Source: Myxococcota bacterium
GTDB taxonomy: Bacteria > Myxococcota_A > UBA796 > CAJQPC01
DNA length: 64,000 nt
Direction: 5' to 3'
Assembly: GCA_036229005.1 (NCBI GenBank)
Contig: JAZAMN010000070.1
Coordinates: 1 to 64,000 of the forward strand
Shown: piece after piece, positions 40,299 to 49,953 of the stretch
How the letters are laid out: each line of letters opens with the position of its first letter
How positions within the stretch are numbered: position 1 is the first letter of the stretch
The notes under the pieces: model-generated
Told to the model about the DNA's origin: nothing
Databases searched by the model: none
The model's input: only the letters and a program-made list of their open reading frames with translations
Program-made: the position numbers and the translations under genes

Positions 40299-41084
40299 AT
40301 GGCCTCCCAGTCCATCAGCATCGTCTTCCCCGCCTTCAACGAGGCGGAGAACATCGAGCGCTCGGTGCAGAGCGCGGTGCAGGTGATGGAGGCGCTGGAG
40401 CGCAGCTTCGAGGTGATCGTCGTGGACGACGGCTCCTCGGACACCACGCGGGCCAAGGTCGACGCCTGCGCGGCCAAGGATCCCCGGGTGCGCTGCATCC
40501 ACCACCCCTCCAACCGGGGCTACGGTGCGGCCCTGCGCACGGGCCTGCTCTCGGCGCGCATGGAGCTGGTGTTCTTCACCGACGCGGACCTGCAGTTCGA
40601 CCTGCGGGAGATCAGCAAGCTGCTGACCTACGCGGACCACTACGACATCATCGCCGGCTACCGCAGCCCCCGGTCGGACCCCTTCCCGCGCAAGGTGAAC
40701 GCCTGGGCCTGGGGCAAGCTGGTGGACCTGCTCTTTGATCTGCGCGTCCAAGACGTGGACTGCGCCTTCAAGATCTTCCACCGCCGCGTGCTCGAGGCCG
40801 TCCCCATCCAGTCCGTGGGCGCCTTCATCAACTCCGAGATCCTGGTCCGCGCTCGGGCCGAGGGCTTCACCCTCAAGCAGCTGCCCGTGCGCCACTACCC
40901 CCGCCAGGCCGGCACCCAGACCGGCGCGAACCCCAAGGTCATCGCCAAGGCCTTTGTGGAGCTGTCCCGGCTCTACGGCGAGCTGCGGGCCCTGGACCGC
41001 ATCCCCGAGCGGGGTGCTACTGCCCGTCCAGCAAGGCCATCGCCTTCGCGAGCTGGGGATCCGACTGGATCCGCTCCAAGATAG
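40299..41084 (+). CDS. Family-2 glycosyltransferase (polyprenol-phosphate sugar transferase-like)
   Basis: PAFNEAENI, VVDDGSSD, NRGYGAA, TDADLQF, DVDCAFK. Confidence 0.9.
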   Translation: MASQSISIVFPAFNEAENIERSVQSAVQVMEALERSFEVIVVDDGSSDTTRAKVDACAAKDPRVRCIHHPSNRGYGAALRTGLLSARMELVFFTDADLQFDLREISKLLTYADHYDIIAGYRSPRSDPFPRKVNAWAWGKLVDLLFDLRVQDVDCAFKIFHRRVLEAVPIQSVGAFINSEILVRARAEGFTLKQLPVRHYPRQAGTQTGANPKVIAKAFVELSRLYGELRALDRIPERGATARPARPSPSRAGDPTGSAPR

Positions 41085-42342
41085 GGCCCTTGAAGGAGGG
41101 GGAGAGGGAGGCGCGCTGGGGCGCCGGCAGGCTCTGGGCCAACCCCATCAGCTCCTGCTTCTCCGCCTCACTGAGTGAGGACTCCTGGATGCCAGCGAGG
41201 AGCGACTGGCGCGGATCCTGCGCGGACTCGTCCAGCAGCAGGACCTCGTGGTCGGGGACCACGCCGGAGCCGCGCTCGAAGTGCCGGCCGTCGGCCAGGT
41301 AGTAGCGCGCGATGGTGAGCTTGAGGGCGCCCCCGCTGGGGTACTCGTAGTAGCTCTGGACGGAGCCCTTGCCGTAGCTAGGCTCCCCGACAACCTGCGC
41401 CCGGCCGGCCACCTGGAGGCTGCCTGCGACGATCTCGGAGGCCGAGGCGGACATGCTGTTCATGAGCACGACCACGGGGGTCTGCAGGTCGGTGTCGGGG
41501 GCGGTGGCGTGGTGCTGCTCGTTGGTGGCGGCGTCCAGGCGCCCGCGGGTCTCCACGATGAGCCCCTGGTCCACGAAGTGGTCCACCACGGTGACCGCCT
41601 CTTCGAGCAGGCCGCCGGGGTTGGAGCGCAGATCCAGGACGAGCCCGGTGAGCTGGCCGCCGTTGAGGGCCTCCAGGCGCGCTTTCTCGGCCAGCAGCTC
41701 CTGGCCGGAGCGGCGCTGGAAGTGCTCCAGGCGGATGTAGCCGACGCCCCCGGGCACCAGGCGGCCGGAGACGGCGGCGGTGTGGACCTGGTCGCGGATC
41801 ACGGGGACCTTGAGCTCGGCGTCGCGGCGCAGGACGGTGAGCACGACCTCGGAGCCGCGGGGGCCCTGGATGCGCCTGGCGACGCGCTCCAGAGTCCACG
41901 CCCCGATGGCCTCGCCGTCGATCTCCAGCAGCAGGTCGCCCTCGACCACCCCGGCCAGATCAGCCGGTCCACCCTGGATCACCTCGGTCACCAAGAGCCC
42001 TCCCTCCACGGTCTCCACGCTGAGCCCCACCCCGGAGCTCTCACCCTCGGTGCGCTCCTTGAGGCGCGCGTAGGTCTCGGGGTCGTAGTAGGCGGACTGC
42101 TCGTCCAGGGCGTCGGTCATGCCGGCGATGGCGGCCTCGACCAGCTCCTGGGTGCTGCGCTGCTCGACGTAGTTGACCTGGATCTGGGTCAGCGCGCGCG
42201 TGAAGGTGTCCAGGCCGTCGTAGGGCGCCTGCTTCTGTGCGTGCACGACGCCGCCGGTGTACTGGCCGAGGGCGAGGCCCCCGCCGAGGGTGGCGAGGAC
42301 GACCACGAAGGCGCGGACCAGAGGGTTCTTGTAGAAGGACAT
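41017..42342 (-). CDS. ctpA: Carboxy-terminal processing protease (S41A, PDZ)
   Basis: LDLRSNPGGLL, SASASEIVAG, GKGSVQ, DPQL. Confidence 0.92.
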   Translation of the reverse strand: MSFYKNPLVRAFVVVLATLGGGLALGQYTGGVVHAQKQAPYDGLDTFTRALTQIQVNYVEQRSTQELVEAAIAGMTDALDEQSAYYDPETYARLKERTEGESSGVGLSVETVEGGLLVTEVIQGGPADLAGVVEGDLLLEIDGEAIGAWTLERVARRIQGPRGSEVVLTVLRRDAELKVPVIRDQVHTAAVSGRLVPGGVGYIRLEHFQRRSGQELLAEKARLEALNGGQLTGLVLDLRSNPGGLLEEAVTVVDHFVDQGLIVETRGRLDAATNEQHHATAPDTDLQTPVVVLMNSMSASASEIVAGSLQVAGRAQVVGEPSYGKGSVQSYYEYPSGGALKLTIARYYLADGRHFERGSGVVPDHEVLLLDESAQDPRQSLLAGIQESSLSEAEKQELMGLAQSLPAPQRASLSPSFKGPILERIQSDPQLAKAMALLDGQ

Positions 42343-42347
42343 GGAGG

Positions 42348-43355
42348 CTATGACCCCAGCCAGTCGTCAGGGTTCTGGGGAGTGTTGCGATAGCGCACCT
42401 CGAAGTGCACGCGCGGTCCCCGCTGGTCGACCACGCCGGTCTCGCCGACGACGCCGATGTAGTCCCCCTGCTTGAGCTGCTGGCCCACGCGCACCTTGGA
42501 CTGCCCCAGGTGGGCGTAGACGGTGGTGAAGCCGTCGCCGTGGTCGACCACGATGGTCATGCCCAGGCCGGCGATGGGCTCGCCGCGGATGACGACGCCA
42601 TCGGCCACCACGCGGACGGTGGAGTAGGCGGGCGCCAGCAGGTCCACGCCCCGGTTGCCGCCGCCAAAGGAGCTCAGGCGGGTCCCGCGGGTGACGGGGG
42701 AGGGGAGGCGCCCCTGCTGGTCGCGGAAGCGCAGCGTGGGGGTCGGCGCGGCGGCCTGGGGGATGGGCTCGGCGTGCAGGGTCTGGGAGGCGCGGACGGT
42801 GCGGGCGTCGGCCTGGCGCATCAGGGTCTCGGAGGCGCGCACCTGTTCGAGCAGAGCACGCCGCGCCTCGCGCTCGGCCAGGAGCTCCGACTCTTTCTCC
42901 TGGAACTGTGCCTGGAGGGTGGAGAGCTCAGCCTGGCGGGCCTCGACCTCCTTCACCGCCTCCCGGCGCTTGTCGAGCTCGCCCCGGAAGCTCTCGACCA
43001 TGCTGTCGGTGTGGGAGAGCAGGGAGAGCAGGTAGCGGGAGCGGCGGCGCAGATCGGAGGGGTCTTCCGCGGAGAAGAGGATCCGGGCGAAGCCGCGGCG
43101 GTTGATCAGGTAGGCGAGGCGGATGATCTGCCGCACCCGCTCGCTGCGGCCGTCCACCACCTCCTGTGCCTTGGCCAGCTCCAGCTGGTGGGACTGGAGC
43201 TCACCGTCGAGGTCACCCTTCTGCGCTTCGATGCGGAGCATCTCGGCCTGCACATCCAGGAGCTGGCGCTCGGTGTCGGCGAGCTGGTCGAGCACGGTCC
43301 CGGCGCTCTGGGCGCGGGCGGGGGACGCGAGCAGGGCCAGCAGGAGGGCGATCAC
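42348..43355 (-). CDS. envC: Murein hydrolase activator EnvC-like (coiled coil plus degenerate M23)
   Basis: Short signal, coiled coil, NRGVD, DHGDGFTTVYAHL, HFEVR; follows ftsEX. Confidence 0.85.
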   Translation of the reverse strand: MIALLLALLASPARAQSAGTVLDQLADTERQLLDVQAEMLRIEAQKGDLDGELQSHQLELAKAQEVVDGRSERVRQIIRLAYLINRRGFARILFSAEDPSDLRRRSRYLLSLLSHTDSMVESFRGELDKRREAVKEVEARQAELSTLQAQFQEKESELLAEREARRALLEQVRASETLMRQADARTVRASQTLHAEPIPQAAAPTPTLRFRDQQGRLPSPVTRGTRLSSFGGGNRGVDLLAPAYSTVRVVADGVVIRGEPIAGLGMTIVVDHGDGFTTVYAHLGQSKVRVGQQLKQGDYIGVVGETGVVDQRGPRVHFEVRYRNTPQNPDDWLGS

Positions 43356-44242
43356 GGGGCGGCCTTCCAGAAGCGGGTGACGGACCAGAGGCAGCCCACG
43401 ACGCCGAGCAGGACGCTCGCACCGATGAGCAGCAGGCACCAGCCGACGCTGAGGAAGGAGAGCTGGGCGCCGGCGAGGGCCAGGGAGAGGGCGTCCTCCA
43501 GGCGCACGACCAGCAGGCGGTGCAGGCCGTAGACGCCGGCGAGACCGAGCCCGCCGCCCAGCAGACCCTGGACGAGGCCCTCCAGGGCGAAGGGGAGGGC
43601 GGTGAAGCCCCAGGTGGCGCCCACCAGCTTCATGGTCTCCAGCTCGTCCTTTCGGGCGTAGGCGACCAGGTGCATGGTGTTGCCGACCAGGAAGACGGCG
43701 GCCAGGGAGATGAGCAGGCCCAGGACCAGCCCCAGGCCGCGGAGCAGGCTCAGGAAGGTGTGGAAGCGCTGCACCCACTGGCGGCCGTAGTCGATGACCT
43801 CGAAGGGGGGGCCGTCGATGGAGGCCACGAAGGCCTCGATGGCGTCGGGGGAGGCCTGGCCTTGGCTGAGGGTGATCTCCAGGCTGGCGGGCAGGACCTC
43901 GGGGCCCAGCTCGTCCAGGATGGGGCCGGCCTCCTCGACCGCCTCGGCCAGGTAGGCGGCGGCGTCCTCCTCGCTCACGTACTGGACGCTGGCGACCTCG
44001 GGGCGGGCGGCGAGCTGGTCCTTGGTGGAGAAGCGCAGCTCCACGGCGATGTCGGGGGCGAAGTAGGCGGAGACGTGGGCGTCGCGGTCCCAGGAGGAGA
44101 CCACCCGGTCCAGGGTCCGGAGGGCGGTCAGGTAGACCCCGGCGAGCAGCACGGTGGCGGCGATGACGCCGGCCGCGATGATGTTCAGGCTCAGGTTCTC
44201 GCGCAGGGAGCGCAGGGTGCGGCGCAGGATGTGGGGGATCAT
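43352..44242 (-). CDS. ftsX: Cell-division permease FtsX
   Basis: LPASLEI, VGNT.HL..YARKDELETMKLVGAT...PF.LEG. Confidence 0.93.
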   Translation of the reverse strand: MIPHILRRTLRSLRENLSLNIIAAGVIAATVLLAGVYLTALRTLDRVVSSWDRDAHVSAYFAPDIAVELRFSTKDQLAARPEVASVQYVSEEDAAAYLAEAVEEAGPILDELGPEVLPASLEITLSQGQASPDAIEAFVASIDGPPFEVIDYGRQWVQRFHTFLSLLRGLGLVLGLLISLAAVFLVGNTMHLVAYARKDELETMKLVGATWGFTALPFALEGLVQGLLGGGLGLAGVYGLHRLLVVRLEDALSLALAGAQLSFLSVGWCLLLIGASVLLGVVGCLWSVTRFWKAAP

Positions 44243-44895
44243 TGGCCGGCCACCAGCCGCCCGGCCTCGAAGCGCAGGCGGCGCTGGGGGAAGCGCTCCA
44301 TCAGGCCGACGTCGTGGGTGGCGACGAGCACGGTGGTGCCGCGCAGGTTGATGGAGAGCAGGATCTCCATGACCTCGATGGCCATGGCGCCGTCCAGGTT
44401 GCCGGTGGGCTCGTCCGCGAGCAGCACGGCGGGGTCGTTGAGGATGGCGCGGGCGACGGCCACGCGCTGCTGCTCGCCGCCGGAGAGGTCGCTGGGGAAG
44501 CGGGCCTCCTTGCCGGCCAGGCCCACCACGTTGAGCACCGCCTTGGCCTTGCGGTCGATCTGCTCGCGGGGAGTGCCGAGGACCTCGAGGGCCAGCCCTA
44601 CGTTGTCCAGCACGGAGCGGTTGGGGATGAGCTTGAAGTCCTGGAAGACCACCCCGATGTTGCGGCGCAGGAAGGGCAGGCGCCGGTCGGGCAGCTTGGA
44701 GGCGTCCACGCCGCCCACCAGCAGCTTGCCGGAGCTGGGCTTCTCGGCCCCGTAGAGCAGGCGCAGCAGGGTGCTCTTGCCGGCCCCGGAGGGACCGGTC
44801 ACGTAGGCGAACTCGCCCTTGGCCACGTGGAGGGTGACGTCCTTGAGGGCCTGGTGGTCGCCGTAGTGTTTGTCGATATGGTAGAGGCGGATCAA
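44239..44895 (-). CDS. ftsE: Cell-division ATPase FtsE
   Basis: GPSGAGKST, LRRNIGVVFQDFKL, LSGGEQQRV, LADEPTGNLD. Confidence 0.95.
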   Translation of the reverse strand: MIRLYHIDKHYGDHQALKDVTLHVAKGEFAYVTGPSGAGKSTLLRLLYGAEKPSSGKLLVGGVDASKLPDRRLPFLRRNIGVVFQDFKLIPNRSVLDNVGLALEVLGTPREQIDRKAKAVLNVVGLAGKEARFPSDLSGGEQQRVAVARAILNDPAVLLADEPTGNLDGAMAIEVMEILLSINLRGTTVLVATHDVGLMERFPQRRLRFEAGRLVAGQ

Positions 44896-45728
44896 GGCGC
44901 TGCGAAGGCTCCCTCAGGGTCCGGCAAATCTACCAGCATCACGCCCTGCGGGCGCTGTCCCAGGAAGCGCAGGCCCACGTGGGCGAAGCGTTCGAGGTTG
45001 TCGGTGACCAGGTAGCGGGTGGGCTCGGGGGTGCGCTCGGGGGCCATCAGCCCGCGCTCCCGGAGGATCTGCTCCAGGGCCAGGGCGGTGGTCTGGGCGG
45101 AGTCCACCAGGCTGACCCCGGGCAGGGCCTTCTCGATGACCTCGCGGAGCAGGGGGAAGTGGGTGCAGCCCAGGATGGCGGTGTCGACCTGCCCCAGCAG
45201 GTGGCCCAGGTAGCGGAGCGCGGTGGCCTCGGCGACCTCACCGGAGGTCCAGCCCTCCTCGGCCAGCGGGACGAACAGCGAGCAGGCCTGGCCGAGCGCG
45301 TGGACGCCGGCGGCCTCCAGGGCGGCCTGGTAGCGGCCCGCCCGCACGGTGCCTTCGGTGCCCAGGACGGCGACGCGGCCCCCCTGAGTGACCTGGAGGG
45401 CGGCCTGGACGCCGGGCTCGATGACGCCGAGCACGGGCAGGCCGATGGTCTCCCCGGCGCGCTGCAGGTGCTCCAGGGCGTGCGCGGTGGCCGTGTTGCA
45501 GGCGATCACCAGGGCCTTGATGTCCTCGCGTACCAGGCGACTGGCGACCCGCTGGCTGTAGCGGACGACCGTCTCGGGGGAGCGGGTGCCGTAGGGGACG
45601 CGGGCGGTGTCGCCCAGGTAGACCAGGGACTCGCTGGGCAGGCGCTCGCGGATGGCCTTGAGGACGGTCAGGCCGCCGACCCCGGAGTCGAAGACACCGA
45701 TGGGGGCCGTTGGGGAGGGCGCGGTCAT
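44892..45728 (-). CDS. murI: Glutamate racemase
   Basis: IGVFDSGVGGLTV, PYG, IACNTA, LGCTHFP. Confidence 0.96.
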   Translation of the reverse strand: MTAPSPTAPIGVFDSGVGGLTVLKAIRERLPSESLVYLGDTARVPYGTRSPETVVRYSQRVASRLVREDIKALVIACNTATAHALEHLQRAGETIGLPVLGVIEPGVQAALQVTQGGRVAVLGTEGTVRAGRYQAALEAAGVHALGQACSLFVPLAEEGWTSGEVAEATALRYLGHLLGQVDTAILGCTHFPLLREVIEKALPGVSLVDSAQTTALALEQILRERGLMAPERTPEPTRYLVTDNLERFAHVGLRFLGQRPQGVMLVDLPDPEGAFAAP

Positions 45729-45754
45729 GGTGGCTCCGGGTTAGCCAGGGGTTC

Positions 45755-46279
45755 ATGCGGATAGCGGTGTACGGCGGCAGCTTCAACCCCCCTCATGTGG
45801 GCCACGCGATGGTGGCCTCCTGGCTGCAGCTCTGCGGCCGGGCGGACGAGGTCTGGCTGATCCCCACGGCCTCCCACGCCTTCGCCAAGGAGCTCGCGCC
45901 CTTCGCCCAGCGGGTGGCCTGCTGCGAGGCCCTGGCGGGCAGCCTGGGGCCCTGGTGCAGGGTCTCCCGGATCGAGGCGGAGCTGCCCACCCCCAACTAC
46001 ACCTTCGACACCCTGAGCGAGCTCTCCCGGCGCCACCCCGAGCACAGCTTCCGGCTGGTGATCGGCGCGGACAACCTGGAGCAGCGCCACCTGTGGCACC
46101 GCTGGGAGGACATCGCCGCGGGCTTCGACCCCATCGTGGTCGGGCGCGCGGGCTATGCCGAGATCCCGGACGCTCCGACCTTCCCCGGTGTGTCCTCGAC
46201 CCAGGTACGCCGCCTGCTGGCGGCTGGCTCCCCGGTCGACCACCTGGTCCCCCAGGCGGTGCTCCAGGTGTTGTCGTGA
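45755..46279 (+). CDS. nadD: Nicotinate-nucleotide adenylyltransferase
   Basis: GGSFNPPHVGH, YTFDTL, IGADN, VSST.VR. Confidence 0.9.
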   Translation: MRIAVYGGSFNPPHVGHAMVASWLQLCGRADEVWLIPTASHAFAKELAPFAQRVACCEALAGSLGPWCRVSRIEAELPTPNYTFDTLSELSRRHPEHSFRLVIGADNLEQRHLWHRWEDIAAGFDPIVVGRAGYAEIPDAPTFPGVSSTQVRRLLAAGSPVDHLVPQAVLQVLS

Positions 46280-46944
46280 AGCCGCTGATCCTCTTCGACA
46301 TCGACGGGACCCTGCTCTCCACGGAGGGCGCGGGCCGCGCTTCCCTCACCCAGGCCTTCCAGGAGCGCTTTGGGGTCGAGGACGCGTTCGCGGGACTCTC
46401 GTTCGCCGGCGCCACGGATCTGGGCATCACAGGGCGGGCCTTCGCGCACGCAGGGCTGGAGCCAGACTTCGCCGCCCTGGAGGAGGCCTATCTGCCCCTG
46501 CTCTCGGAGCGGCTCGGGATCCAGGCTCCCCGCTTGTGCCCCGGGGTGCCGGACATCCTGGCCCCCTGCGCTCAGCGAGCTCACCTGGCGCTGCTCACCG
46601 GGAACTGGCTCCAGGGCGCCAGGATCAAGCTGCAGGCGGCGGGTCTGCTGGAGCACTTCGACCCCTGGGTGGGGGCCTTCGGGGACGACGCCGCGGACCG
46701 GAACCTGCTGGTGCCCGTGGCCGAGCAGCGGGCGCGCGAGCAGGGGCTGCCCCTGGGCCGGACTGTCGTGATCGGCGACACGCCGCGGGACGTGGAGTGT
46801 GCACGCGCCGGGGGGGCCATCGCGGTGGCGGTGTGTACGGGCTGGAGCGATCGCGAGACCCTGGCGGCGACCGAGCCGGACCTGCTGATCGAAGACCTGC
46901 GCAGGGAGGGGAGCGCCCTGCTGCGGCTGTTGGAGAGTCTGTAG
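46276..46944 (+). CDS. HAD-family phosphatase
   Basis: LFDIDGTL, LLTGN, IGDTPRD; GTGA overlap with nadD. Confidence 0.9.
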   Translation: MKPLILFDIDGTLLSTEGAGRASLTQAFQERFGVEDAFAGLSFAGATDLGITGRAFAHAGLEPDFAALEEAYLPLLSERLGIQAPRLCPGVPDILAPCAQRAHLALLTGNWLQGARIKLQAAGLLEHFDPWVGAFGDDAADRNLLVPVAEQRAREQGLPLGRTVVIGDTPRDVECARAGGAIAVAVCTGWSDRETLAATEPDLLIEDLRREGSALLRLLESL

Positions 46945-47031
46945 GCCCAGCCTGTCCTCGCTGGTGTTTTCCAGTCCCTGACAGCTTGAGTGTGCGCGCC
47001 GTTGGAGAGTGGTGGGCAGGAGGGTTCCCAA

Positions 47032-47709
47032 ATGCACCTCAGCCTCTTTCTTTCCCTGGTGGGTTGCCGCGGCAACCTGGAGATCAACTCCGCCGAAGAC
47101 CTGATCAACGCCTGCGAGGAGCTCAAGCAGGAAGACGAGACCGTGAACATGACCTTCCTGGGCCACAGCGATGGCTGCGCCTGGGGGGAGGACGGCAACG
47201 GTGACCGAACGCAGGGCGTGATCAGCGCGCGCCGCGAGGACTACCAGTCCATGGAGCTGCCCGAGGGCGGCGTGGCCTGTGACCTGCAGTTCGACTTCTA
47301 CGGGCTGAACCCGGATCTGGAGCAGGAGATCACCTACGACGACCACTTCATGCTCACCTTCAACGACGTGATCCTGGCGAGCAGCTCCATCGAGATGATG
47401 GAGGACCTGGAGCAGAGCGAGGAGGGCTGGTACGTCTACGACTGGGAGCAGATCCGGGGCACAACCCTCGAGATGCAGGCCGAGACCTACTGTCTGGGCA
47501 GTGACTCCGACTGCGAGGTCCCCGCGACCGAGACCCCGGGCCCCATCCGTCTGAGCTTCTCCGGCGAGCTGGTCCAGCAGCTTGGCTACCTGGGTGTGGA
47601 GCAGGGGCGCTACGACTTCGGCTTCATCACCTTCGGCGACAACGACGACTCGGACTGCTACCACGAGGCCTTCACGTTCAAGGTGGGTGTGCCGGTGGTC
47701 TACCCCTGA
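47032..47709 (+). CDS. Acidic Cys-containing hypothetical lipoprotein
   Basis: MHLSLFLSLVG-C, AGGAGG RBS, GDNDDSDCYH. Confidence 0.75.
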   Translation: MHLSLFLSLVGCRGNLEINSAEDLINACEELKQEDETVNMTFLGHSDGCAWGEDGNGDRTQGVISARREDYQSMELPEGGVACDLQFDFYGLNPDLEQEITYDDHFMLTFNDVILASSSIEMMEDLEQSEEGWYVYDWEQIRGTTLEMQAETYCLGSDSDCEVPATETPGPIRLSFSGELVQQLGYLGVEQGRYDFGFITFGDNDDSDCYHEAFTFKVGVPVVYP

Positions 47710-47761
47710 AAAAAGGGGCGCAACTTGGTTCCATATGTGGGTCAGTGAGTCAGGAGTTCTA

Positions 47762-48316
47762 ATGACTGACCTGAAACTGACTGTATTGTGTGGAACCAAC
47801 CGCCCCGGGGCCCGCAGCCGCCTGGTGAGCAAGCGCCTGATGGAGCGCTACGAGGCCTTTGAGGGGGTACAGGTCCGCCTGATGGACCTGGCCGACCTGC
47901 CGGTGGAGCTTGCCGCGCCGGAGTCCTTTGCCAACAAGCCGCCGGGCTTCGCGCCTTTCGTCGAGCAGATCCAGGAGAGCGACGCTGTGCACGTGGTCAG
48001 CCCCGAGTACAACGGCGGCTATCCCGGCATCCTCAAGCTCTTCATCGACCCCCGGCCCTTCCCCGAGAGCCTGGAGAAGCGGCCGGTGGCGTTCACGGGG
48101 GTCGCGGCCGGGCGCTTTGGGGCCCTGCGTCCCATCGAGCAGCTACAGGCCATCTTTGGCTACCGCAACGCCCACATCTACCCCGAGCGCATCTTCATCG
48201 CGGGCGCCGCCGACGCCCTGGATGAGCGCGGCGAGGTCATCGACGACTTTGTCCGGGGGCTGGTCGACCAGCAGGTCTCGGGGTTCGTGGAGTTCGCCCG
48301 GAAGCTCAAGGGCTGA
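47762..48316 (+). CDS. NADPH-dependent FMN reductase
   Basis: GTNRPGARS, SPEYNGGYPGILK.FID, G.FGALR. Confidence 0.9.
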   Translation: MTDLKLTVLCGTNRPGARSRLVSKRLMERYEAFEGVQVRLMDLADLPVELAAPESFANKPPGFAPFVEQIQESDAVHVVSPEYNGGYPGILKLFIDPRPFPESLEKRPVAFTGVAAGRFGALRPIEQLQAIFGYRNAHIYPERIFIAGAADALDERGEVIDDFVRGLVDQQVSGFVEFARKLKG

Positions 48317-48323
48317 GCTTGGC

Positions 48324-49796
48324 TCACTCCCCGGGGACCGCCGGGAAGAAGCTGAGGTCGTCGACGGCTGCGAGGCGCTCGCTCTCGGCGCCGCCGATGA
48401 TGAGCACGCCGTAGCGGAGGTCCGAGGCCACGCTCGGGTTGATCACGGCGTTGGGGGTCCCACCGGAGCTGTCGCTGGCGGTGCACCCGTCCAGCACGGC
48501 GAAGCTCTGGTCCGTGGGGTCGAAGCGCTCGACGCAGGAGATCTGGTCGCCGCCGGGGACCGGGAGCGTGTTGGGCTGGAGCTCCGCGGCGCCTCCGATC
48601 ACCAGGGCGCTCCCGTCGGGGAGGGGGACGGTCTTGTGGCGGGCGCGCGCGATGTTCAAGGGCCCTGCCTCGGTCCAGGCGTCCTCGGCGACGTCGTAGA
48701 GCCAGGCGTCCGTCTCGGCCTCACCATTGACGCTGGCGCCGCCAGTCGCCAGGACCAGGCCGTCGGTCAGTTGGGTGAGCTGGAGGGCACCGCGGGGCGC
48801 GGGGAGCGGGGCTGCGTCGCTGAGGTTGCCGGAGAAGTCCAGGATGAAGCACTCGTCGGTGAACGCCTCATCGCCCAGGTCCATGCCGCCGCAGATCAGG
48901 ATGCCCTCCAGGCCCAGCGGCGCGGCGCTCGGGTTGAAGGTGCCGAGCTGCGCCGCAGGCTCGATGCTGTCATCGGCGGCCCGGTAGATCTCGATCTGCC
49001 GGATGGCGTTCGACGCGCTGATGCCGCTGATGAGCGCGACGTCCCCGTTGTGGAAGGGGACGGCCTGGTGGTCCACGCGGGCCTCCTCCAGGTCCAGCAG
49101 CTCCGAGAAGGTCCCGGTGCTGGGGTCAAAGAGCACGGCCTGGGCGAGCGCGTCGTTCTCCATGTAGTCCAGGCTGGGGCCGCCACCCGCGATCAGCACG
49201 CGCCCGTCCTGCAGCAGGGTGGCGGTGGAGCCGGCCCAGGTGTCGGTGCCCGTGCCGTTGTCGGGCATGGTGTAGTCCTGGGCGGTCAGCGTGAGCGCGT
49301 CGGGCCCGGTCAGGTCGATCGCCCGCACCAGGTTGCTGCCCTCTGTGCTGCCCGCGACGCCGTAGTCCATGCGCTTGGTGTCACCGCCAAAGACCCAGAA
49401 CACGCCATCGATCGCGACGACCGCGCCGCCGACGAGCGGGGTGTCCATGGTCGGGAACCAGCCGACCTGCTCCGTGGAGGCCACCAGCACCGGGGCCTCC
49501 AGCTTGCCGGTCTGGAGGGTGATGGGCTGGCTCCGACCGAACGCGGACAGAGCCGTGCCGCTGTACCCCTTCACCGCGATCGTGCCGCCCTCCAGCGCGC
49601 CCATCTCACCCAGCGCGGGGCTGCCGGAGAGCTCGTCGAGCGTGTACGCCTCTTCGCTGCCGTCTGCGTGCTCGACCACCAGGTCGATGCGGGTGAGCCC
49701 ATCGAAGGGGAGCTGGTTCTCCGGGACGATCGGGACGAGCTGGAGGTTGTAGTCTGCGCCCTCGCCACACCCCAGCATCAGCATCAGCAGGCCCAA
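48324..49796 (-). CDS. Kelch-repeat (beta-propeller) lipoprotein
   Basis: TTG start after GGAGG, LLMLMLG-C, repeated ATLLQDGRVLIAGG-type blades. Confidence 0.8.
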   Translation of the reverse strand: MGLLMLMLGCGEGADYNLQLVPIVPENQLPFDGLTRIDLVVEHADGSEEAYTLDELSGSPALGEMGALEGGTIAVKGYSGTALSAFGRSQPITLQTGKLEAPVLVASTEQVGWFPTMDTPLVGGAVVAIDGVFWVFGGDTKRMDYGVAGSTEGSNLVRAIDLTGPDALTLTAQDYTMPDNGTGTDTWAGSTATLLQDGRVLIAGGGPSLDYMENDALAQAVLFDPSTGTFSELLDLEEARVDHQAVPFHNGDVALISGISASNAIRQIEIYRAADDSIEPAAQLGTFNPSAAPLGLEGILICGGMDLGDEAFTDECFILDFSGNLSDAAPLPAPRGALQLTQLTDGLVLATGGASVNGEAETDAWLYDVAEDAWTEAGPLNIARARHKTVPLPDGSALVIGGAAELQPNTLPVPGGDQISCVERFDPTDQSFAVLDGCTASDSSGGTPNAVINPSVASDLRYGVLIIGGAESERLAAVDDLSFFPAVPGE

Positions 49797-49819
49797 GTGG
49801 CCCTCCAGGCAATACCGAC

Positions 49820-49849
49820 AGGGTAGGAGCGGCGAGCGGCCCCTGTCAA
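49820..49849 (-). promoter_or_regulatory. Putative sigma-70 promoter
   Basis: TTGACA-18 nt-TACCCT. Confidence 0.55.
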
Positions 49850-49953
49850 CGCGCGCCCCGCAGCCTCTCGCGGCGCCCTCCGCAATCCCGGGGGCCAGGC
49901 GCGATATGGGGTCCCCGGCCGGCCACCCGTGCCCCAACCTTCGGAGTCCCCCC

